Source: Paraspadella gotoi (lineage: Eukaryota > Animalia > Chaetognatha). From it: a stretch of 64,000 nucleotides of DNA. Position 1 is the first letter of the stretch. The number at the start of each line of letters is the position of its first letter. Shown piece by piece: positions 55,388 through 64,000 of this stretch. The stretch lies in the NCBI GenBank assembly GCA_051294375.1, contig CM119263.1, positions 7,550,635-7,614,634 on the forward strand. The letters are read 5' to 3'. The translations under genes were made by a program, and so were the position numbers. Under the pieces are notes generated by a model. That model was not told the DNA's origin and searched no databases. It saw only the letters and a list, made by a program, of their open reading frames with translations.

Positions 55388-55517
55388 TAGTGTGGGAGAG
55401 ATAAATGTTTCTGGCAAATCTGCGTTTGTAATGTATGTCGAAGAAAGATTTTCCCCAGAGTCGGATGCGAGAGATAACCTAAAAATTTGTGTTTCTAACG
55501 CACCTAGTGAAAGAGAG

Positions 55518-55596
<79 letters not shown>

Positions 55597-55732
55597 AAGA
55601 GAGAGCGTAGGCGCGTTGAACGGAAAGTACAAAAAAGATACATTTGAAAATACGACTTTCGCCAAAAAAACTCTAATTTCTATATTAGTTTATTAGTCAT
55701 TAGTGGAATAAGCAAGTAGATAAGCAGGTCGT

Positions 55733-55958
55733 GGTTTTAATTTCATACGCTCAACCAATGGCGGTTTTAATTTCATGCTCAACCAATGACAGAGGTTTTA
55801 ATTTCATCTCAAGCCCTAACTGGCGGAGGGTTTTAATTTCATCTCAACCAATGGCAGAGGTTTTAAATTTCATCTCGAACCAAATGGCAGAGGTTTTAAT
55901 TTCATCTCAATCAATGGCATAGGGGTTTTTTAATTTTCATCTCAACCAATGCGGAGGT
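55733..55958. repeat. About 30-bp minisatellite (GGTTTTAATTTCATCTCAACCAATGGCAGA), 7 units
   Basis: Head-to-tail units with no unique spacers. Confidence 0.88.
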
Positions 55959-56266
55959 GTTCTGACCTTAAAAAACAAAATGAGTCTCCGCGGCAGACAT
56001 AGATTTCCTGTCTTCCAACAATGAGATCATTCGTAAGGAGATTACGAAGTTATCAGCTTTGACATTTCTTGACCAACCGAGACGACCGTGGCAAATCGTG
56101 ACAAATCGTTGCGAACCGTAGCAAACCGCGGCGGCGTCTCAACGCCACGGGATTCCGTCCTCCTTTGTCAGAGATCGTTTCACATCCGATCTCCGCTATC
56201 AATATTTAAAAAAAAAAATAACATCGATAACGTCATCGGTTAAACGATTACTTTTCCAAGTATTAA

Positions 56267-56356
<90 letters not shown>

Positions 56357-57255
56357 CAGGAAACATATTCGACTTTTTCGCTGAAAGAGGATTTCAGGAT
56401 TTCATCCACATTTATTTTCCTCTTTTTATAAAGAGAAAAAAGTCGATAAATAATAATTAAGGGAGGAAAAAAATAAGTCTCTCTCTCTCCCGCCTCTCTC
56501 TTCTCTCTTTGATTTCCATCAAGAAAACTTAACAGAGAAGCTCGTCAAACAGAGAGAGAGAGAGAAGAAAAATCGCTTTTTTTTCTGTTATCATAGATAA
56601 AAACAAAAAAGAAAAAAGATTAAAGAAGAAAAGAACAAATCCGGAAAATCCAAAATCCATTTTTTCTCCGTTACATCTTCGAAGATAATTATCATCTTTA
56701 TCATCAGGTGCGCTATTTCATCGTCGGCAGTCGAATGTCGAGAAACGATAAATGCGACGGAAAGACTTTTGACGACGACAGTTAATTCAAGATAATTGAT
56801 TGAGATTTATAAATAGAAGCACAGTGTACAGTTTTTTTATTGGCCGCATAAACTTTAGCTTTATGTGTAGCTTATTACTATTACTTTTGAGACAATGTGA
56901 TATCATGTATTGTAGTACCCGTTATTGGGTTGCGAGTTGCTTTCATGGCTTTATGAAACAGTTTTCGATAACCGCATATTATTATTCAATATTTTATGAT
57001 AAATACTCAGTCGCATTTTTTTCAGAGTTTTTCTCTGAAAATTTTCTTTAATACAAAAAGTAATAAATCGAAATTCTATTTCGGAAACGGCAATATAAAT
57101 AAAAAAAGTTTTCGCAGTTGAATAATATCGTTGTTTTTCATTGGAGATCGTAATGACCTAAAAAACAAAGAGACACGGGGAGAAAAAAATACGTAATTTC
57201 CTTCCTCATTCTCAAAATATTAACCGGGATAGATTTTCTATTTCGATCGAGGAAA

Positions 57256-57356
<101 letters not shown>

Positions 57357-57692
57357 CACAAATCCGAGAGAAACGTCGTCAGAATCGGTAAAAACTCTTT
57401 TCCGTCGTGTTTGCGCGGGACTCGCGATAATTTTTTTCTCCTCTGCTTCTCGTTTCTACGTTGGAAAAAAAGGGCGAGGAGAGAGAGAGCCCATTTCGCG
57501 GTGGGGGGGGGGGAGGTGAGAGGCAATTTATAAAAGATGAAGTTGTGAAGGAAAAAAAGGAGAGTGAGGGACATACACATCATACCCCTACCCCCCGAAT
57601 ATACAAACCCCGGCGGGGATAAAGGTTTATGCCCGCGAGATGTTTTTATGATGTTCCCTTTTTTTCGTTTTTTTTCCATTTTCTCTCTTCTC

Positions 57693-57725
<33 letters not shown>

Positions 57726-57746
57726 TCTCTCTCTCTCTCCTCTCTT

Positions 57747-57789
<43 letters not shown>

Positions 57790-57817
57790 GAGNNNNNNNN
57801 NNNNNNNNNNNNNNNNN

Positions 57818-57886
57818 CGGCGGGGATAAGGTTTATGCCCGCGAGATGTTTTTATGATGTTCCCTTTTTTTCGTTTTTTTTCCATT

Positions 57887-57939
<53 letters not shown>

Positions 57940-57949
57940 CTCTCTCTCC

Positions 57950-57998
<49 letters not shown>

Positions 57999-58001
57999 GA
58001 G
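57818..58001 (+). repeat. Direct duplicate of about 57610-57792 across a 25-N gap
   Basis: CGGCGGGGATAA..CTCTCGCAGAG is repeated on both sides of the gap 57793-57817. Confidence 0.85.
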
Positions 58002-58002
58002 A

Positions 58003-60295
58003 ATGCCTCCGTTCGCAAGTGTTTTGACGGCGTTAGCGGCGGCGGCGGCGTTATGCGTTTGCGGTTTCGGCTCAGGGCGCGACGTCAGTGGGATGTCGCG
58101 ACAATTCGGGTTTTGTGGCGGGATGCCTGGAAGGTAACTTCTGTCGACTGTCTCTGTCTCTATCTCACTATATCTATCGATCTTCGATATTCTATGAAAG
58201 AAAGAAATATTCGAAAGCGTCTTTCCGTCTCCCCCTGCCTCCTTATCCACCTCATTCGCACACGGCCGTCTCGATTTCCCGCCATTATTTTAACTCCACC
58301 CGACGGGACTTCTTAAAAAAAAAACCCCAAATCTTCGGGTTCAGCGGTTTTTCTTCCCCGGGCTCGGCGGTCCCACTCATTTCGGGCGACACCCAGGGGC
58401 TCGTAGGTGGGACAGGGTCGGGCACAGGGGGCTTCGGTCAGACCGGCGTCGGCACGGGCTTCCCGGGCAATTCGGCATGCATCCTATGCCGGCCAACGCG
58501 TTCGGCGGAGGAGGCGGAAAACGCTTTTCCGGTCGGTAGCAACTCCGTTTCCGGTGGCGGCGGACTCGCTCCGCCGCCTCCGCCCCCTCAGCAGCCCTCC
58601 GGAACGCGCCCGTCTCGTCCAGGCGGCGGAAGCTTTTGGAGGCAACATTGGCGGAATGATCGCGAATTTCATTCCGACGCTGTTGGGAATGCTCGGAGGC
58701 GGCGGCGGCGGCGGCGGCGGAGGCGGCAACGGTAAATTGCGCGGTGACAGCAGGTGTCCATAATAACCAACTAGACAAAGCTCGATTTCATACTTTAGTC
58801 ATCGTCGCATCAAAAGATAATGTTATTGGGAAGAGGCCAAAGTCAGATCCGCATGCTCTGGATTGTTCATAGTTCTTCGCAGTTCGCTGGAAAAAAAAAA
58901 AATTTCATACTATCCGTTTCCTAATTTTTTTTTCCTCTTCAATTTCACTATCTTTTCCTTTTACGTTTTTCCTTCCCTGTGGGCCTTTTTTGATCCAAGT
59001 TTCAGAAGCCCTTGACTAAAAAAACCTCTTTACATAGTAATTTATTACCGGTATTTCCATATGAGCAATAAATATGCTTTCAAATTATCTTTTAATCCGC
59101 ATGAAATTTATAAAAAGGGCTTCTGGAATCTCTAACACTATAACAGTCATGCCATAAAAACTGTTCAGAGTGAATCTTAATCTTAAACTTAAAAAGCGAC
59201 GAACGCGACGCCAGGCGTTGAGTCCCACGATCGCTACCAATGCCCAATGACGACGGTGGACAGCAAGGAGTGCGGAAAGCCCGACCGCCAAGTCAAGAAC
59301 GAATGCACCTCTAAAAACGACTTGCGCCGGGGTAAGTCACGAGAAGCGTCTTTTCTTTTTCAGATTCTATAACTTCGATATATATATATATTGACATAAT
59401 TTTTGTATTATAAGTCGATCCAGTTCCGCGTTTGGCTCTCTGTCAAGTGTCTAAACTCGGAAGAAGATCCATTCCAGAATGAGCCTTTTGAATTAATATA
59501 TATGAATTAATATATGAAATGCCCGAAAACACTTTTATTGAGAAGACAATTCGTAAGAAAAAGATGTTTTCTCAAAATTAGAGAAAGTACTGTCGACGCA
59601 GTTTAGTCGAGAGAAAAAAAAGATGTTATGGCAACATCCGGATTGCCTGTGATGCCCATATGTGGATGGGGCATCTCACTGTTGACTTTGGGGGCTTCCG
59701 ACGCCTCAGTGACGCCTCCTGTCACAGGCGCGGTTACCTCAGTACGGTCTAGGTTTTGCAAACGCAGAGGAAGTCTTTAGTCTTTCGTCTTTAGTCTTTC
59801 GTCTTTTTTCCCTAACAAAGACGAATTAATAAAAATGAAAATTTTCCTTCTCTGGTGATCAGGATGAATTCTTGCCTGCATGGGAGAGCAAATATGGTTG
59901 CGACAATGGTCTGCAACTAAACCAAATCATGCCAAGAGATGGTTCACCCGGATCGTGTCCTAGCTCTTTCCTTTAAAACTCATTACACAGGTTTTTGTCG
60001 CCGCCATATTGTCGCGCTGTCTTTGAATATTAATTTGAACTGGTTATTTTTCGAATAATTATAAATAGTAGGTTCTTATACAGTAATTAGGTAAATTAGT
60101 AAATTATGGGTGAAAAAAAAAAACAATATTTATACAGGGTTGTTTGAACGTCATCGCAAGCATAAGGAGTAATGTATTTAGTATAAGATATGTGTATAAA
60201 CCTGTATATGTGTAGAATCGTATATTTCGGCTTATATTTTTAAAACTGGAAAAATAATAAGAAAAATAAGAAACTAATAGTTTTAGCGAAGATGA

Positions 60296-60379
<84 letters not shown>

Positions 60380-60753
60380 GAGAGAGAGAAAAAGAGAGAG
60401 AAGAGAGAGAGAAGAGAGAGAAGAGAGAGAGAGAGAGAGGAGAGAATTTATCAGCATTGTTTAATGCCATGGAAATAACTGGTCTATTTTTAGAGGTACT
60501 TTGTTTTTCATCATTTTCCTCAATTTCTAATAATAGTTTTCAAAAATTAAGATTCTGCGATATTGCGTCACCTTACCTTACTTACCTTATCGCTTTTCTC
60601 CAACCCACACCCTTTGACAGGAGGAGACGAGATCTCTGTTCGAATCCTGCACCACGGAATGTCAGTTCGACGAAGATTGCGGCAGCGACGAAAAGTGTTT
60701 GCGGCTTCTTCATCGGAGAATGCGAACAGAATGTCTGCCTCAAGGTCGATTGA
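58003..60753 (+). CDS. Secreted Gly/Pro-rich double-WAP-domain protein (crustin/WFDC-like); exons 58003-58133, 58345-58731, 59197-59331, 59863-59990, 60621-60753
   Basis: All five exons are colinear with GT-AG boundaries, a signal peptide and two 8-Cys WAP patterns. This copy has many 1-bp indels, so the frame was reconstructed from the other copies. Confidence 0.7.
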
Positions 60754-60944
60754 ATGACAACGACGACAACAACAACGACTACAATAGTTCACTCGTTATC
60801 CAATTGTCAATTTTACATCATTGTTAGTCGGCGTCCGTCGGCCACTCGAGATAGAATTTTTTTTTAGCGATTTTTGAGAATAATTAAATTAAGGTTATTA
60901 CATTATATTTTTTTTTCGTCAAAATGTCTTGGCGTATGGCTGAA

Positions 60945-63900
60945 TTAAGCTTAATCGTATCCGAAATGGTTCGGAGTTCTAACCCCGTTAGGAACGGTAC
61001 CCACAATAGCAGCTTCCATTGATAAGCAGCGTAACGAGGGGGAAAGAAATTTGGAAAGAAAGGCATAGTGACGCAAATTCTTCGTGGCCCAACGCCGTTG
61101 GCAACGGGCACACAATTTGGCGTCAAGCCCTAACTCACATAGCGGAGTTAGCACATCCTGCGAGTACATAGTACAAAAATGAAACAATGACCTTGTTGGA
61201 ATCTGGATCTGATAGACCACGCCTACTTCTTTCGTTGATACAGAGAAATCAATAAATCCGGTTCAGCTCCCACTAAATCGTCATGTTGCATCTTTTTGGA
61301 ACATTCGAAAAAAAAAATCTAATCTTTTAACTTTACAACGGAACTGTGCCAAACCTTCGCATCAAAAAAAAAAAAAAAAAAAAAAATCTTTACGCTTGAA
61401 TAATATCTAATTTAGCTTTCTTTTTTATACTAACTCAAAGATAAACCACAAACTAACCAAAGGATAGAAAATCAAAACGCAAAACTATGAAGAGTGACAC
61501 TAATTTATTTATTAATGCGTGATCGAGGAAACTTCTGAATAATTCAAATTCAGTCAGTACACATGCTATACAGCACAGCTCTTGTCAGTTGCAGAACTCT
61601 CAGGTTGTTGTAACTACCATTTGTTTGTATTTTTTTTATTTGTGATTCCGGATGAGTTAAGTTCTAAAACATATTTTTTTGTTTCTGGAAGGATGAAAAC
61701 GATTCCGCAGATCGTCGTATTTTTTTTTGGTTTTTTTTTGATAAAAAGGAAAAGGAAAAAGGAAGGGGACGTGACGATGATACAGTAGTAGTAATAAATT
61801 TTGTTCGGTTCTGCACTCTTGAAAGTCGTGAGTCTAAAAAATAGAATAGCTCACTGAAATATCCCTCAATCAGGTTGTTGTTGTTGTTGTTGGTTTGGTA
61901 TTCGGAGATAAAACGGAAAAAATGAAACTGACAGACGCTAGGGCGCGCAGGCCCCGCTGACGATAGGAGTTTTGTTTATGTACGATAGCTTTAATGTAGA
62001 GATGACAAAATTAAATTGAATAGATATTTAACAGCGTATATCACCTGCAAAGAAAGAAGAGGAAACTCAAAGAAAAAAAAATCACAAAGAAATGAGATGC
62101 TCTCTGGAATCTGGAAAAGGGGCGGAGGAAGGGGAAGAGGGGCGACGAAAGAAAACAAAAAAACAAAAAAAGAAAGAAAAACGAAAGGTCTGTTTCGGAC
62201 TGTATTGCTGTTTTTGTAACATGGTAAATAGTAGTTTGGTTTTTTTTTTTTTCGGAAAACTATGACCCAGCAGAATTCACCAACAGTCCGCTGAATTGTA
62301 TTATAAGGCTCATATGGTGTTTTCGTCGCGAACCGAAGGGAGACAGATTTTGGAAAAGAATCAAAAAGGCAAAAAGTTTCTTAATTTTTTTTTCCAACTT
62401 AAAAAAAAAAAGGGAATTTTTTTTTTGAAGGGAGAGAGGGAATCTGGTTGGGGGGGCAGGGGAAGGCGGAGTAAAACTTGGTTTCGTGTGTGAAAGTGGG
62501 GGTCACGGGAGTGAGTGGGAGGGAGGTTCGAAATTCATGAACGACCCAAGACTAGAACTGGTACAAGGAAAGGTCAACCGGAAACTCGCCCAAAGTAAGT
62601 AGGGCGTGGTGGATGTATCGTGGGGGGGGCAAGGAGTGAGGCAATCGGTGGAAAGATGGGAGTGGGGTTTTGGGGGGGGGGGGAGGAAGGAGGGTCGGGT
62701 GGAAAAAAATGGAATTCTTTTCCACAATTCTATCTCTCCAGCGGCGCGATAACCATGTAATAACAACAACAATAAATATAAACAGCAGGCTCGGGCGCGA
62801 AATTTCGAGGTTATAAAGAGTACAAAATACATCTACAAAGCATTGTTGATTTTGAGGGTCGAAGGACGACGGCCGAAGAACTCACGTCAGTAGAGAAAGA
62901 GGGAGAGAAAAATCACATTTTTTTTTTGGTTCGGCCGTCGTCTCCCAAGTTTCAACAAAGTCCAAGATGAGAAAAATAACTGAATCATATCTACTTTTTT
63001 TAAAAAAAAACGTGAGAGAGAAAAATCATAGCGAAAATGAAAATGATCGAAAAACCGATACGTGTTTTTTTTTTTTCTGATTAGAAAGTGAAAACTTAGC
63101 ATAGGAGGGATTAAGCGTACGTACAAGATAGAAGAGTTGGATCAATGTCATTAAAAAAACTTGTGACGCTCAGTGAAAAATATACCGGAAACGAAACAAA
63201 AATACAGGGAAATAATAGTAAAACTAGACTTTTATTTTTCTTGAGAATATAATGGTCACAACTCACTAGATCTTTATTTATAATAACTTAGAAAAAAAAT
63301 GTAGTCACCGTCAAACACGAAAGTGTATAACTCTCGAAAAACAACGTTAAAGATGAATATCCAACCTGACTCTTTAATCTTAACAAACGTACTATGGGCG
63401 ATAAAACTGTAAAAGTATTACAAGATTGCAAAAAGGGTTTACATATTTTTTTTAAATTTAAACACATAGCGTTTGGCTTCGGCTTTATTTGTCGACTTTC
63501 TCACAATGGAATCCTTTTCATTGCTACCGATTCACCCAACAGAAAAACCCAACATGGAAAAAAAAATAAAAAAGAAAAAAAAAATATTCCAAACGCCAAC
63601 TAAAATTTTTCAATTTGTATTCTACAATATATAGAAAGACGGTGGAGAATCACTAGATTTAATAAGGATTAATGACTTTTTATTAAGAAAAAGAAAAACG
63701 AAAACGAAAATCCAAGCATTGGTTTTTTTTTTTTAATATTCTTTCGGGAGACGCTCTTCCATCTCAGTCGAAGGAAATGTACAACATGTACATTAATATA
63801 TATAGATAATAATTGCACTAAAAATACATGAAACCACAAAATAGAACCTCGCTCTCAAATATCATACCTAATCGCCGGAGTAATTCGTATCTCTTCGCAC

Positions 63901-64000
63901 AGACACAAGAAAAAGTGGCAAGAAACAAACATTTAAAATAGTAACTATTCTATGAAAAAGTAATTGATAGCGATGATAAGATTGCATGTGCAAAAAGTGA
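60945..64000 (-). repeat. Third copy (inverted) of about 33106-36174; 59773-64000 is a direct repeat of about 36619-40750
   Basis: Colinear sequence identity with small indels. Confidence 0.9.

Noticed and set aside
55733-55958. CRISPR-like array
   Set aside because: Units are head-to-tail with no unique spacers, there are no cas genes, and the context is eukaryotic.
59582-59700. Alternative exon 4 for the WAP gene (RKYCRRFSREK...)
   Set aside because: It does not supply the CC-x-C-x3-C half of the WAP motif, whereas the exon at 59863/36696 does.

Overview
This is eukaryotic (invertebrate metazoan, possibly arthropod) draft-assembly sequence with many GA/CT microsatellites and N gaps; nothing prokaryotic or CRISPR-like is present. 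Two spliced genes can be rebuilt by hand. (1) A + strand gene of about 2870 aa (exons 20184-22992, 24069-24179, 25049-25258, 25643-25702, 25819-31250) with 12 dispersed C2H2 fingers, an internal NuRD-type RRKQxKP motif and several CtBP-like motifs. (2) A secreted protein that the ORF track misses: signal peptide, Gly/Pro-rich region with a short amphipathic segment, an RTRR furin-type site, then two WAP (four-disulfide core) domains. Its complete copy is at 58003-60753 (+), with partial copies at 54054-55387 (-) and 36696-37494 (+). Mobile DNA includes an 892-bp TA-flanked MITE just upstream of the zinc-finger ATG, Helentron/DINE-1-like elements (one carrying an 18-bp minisatellite), and a probably polymorphic TIR element in a WAP-gene intron. 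Much of 37.7-64 kb is duplicated or inverted copy of other parts of the window, next to exactly 25-N gaps and with error increasing along the copy, so it is most likely a long-read gap-filling artefact or haplotype mixing.
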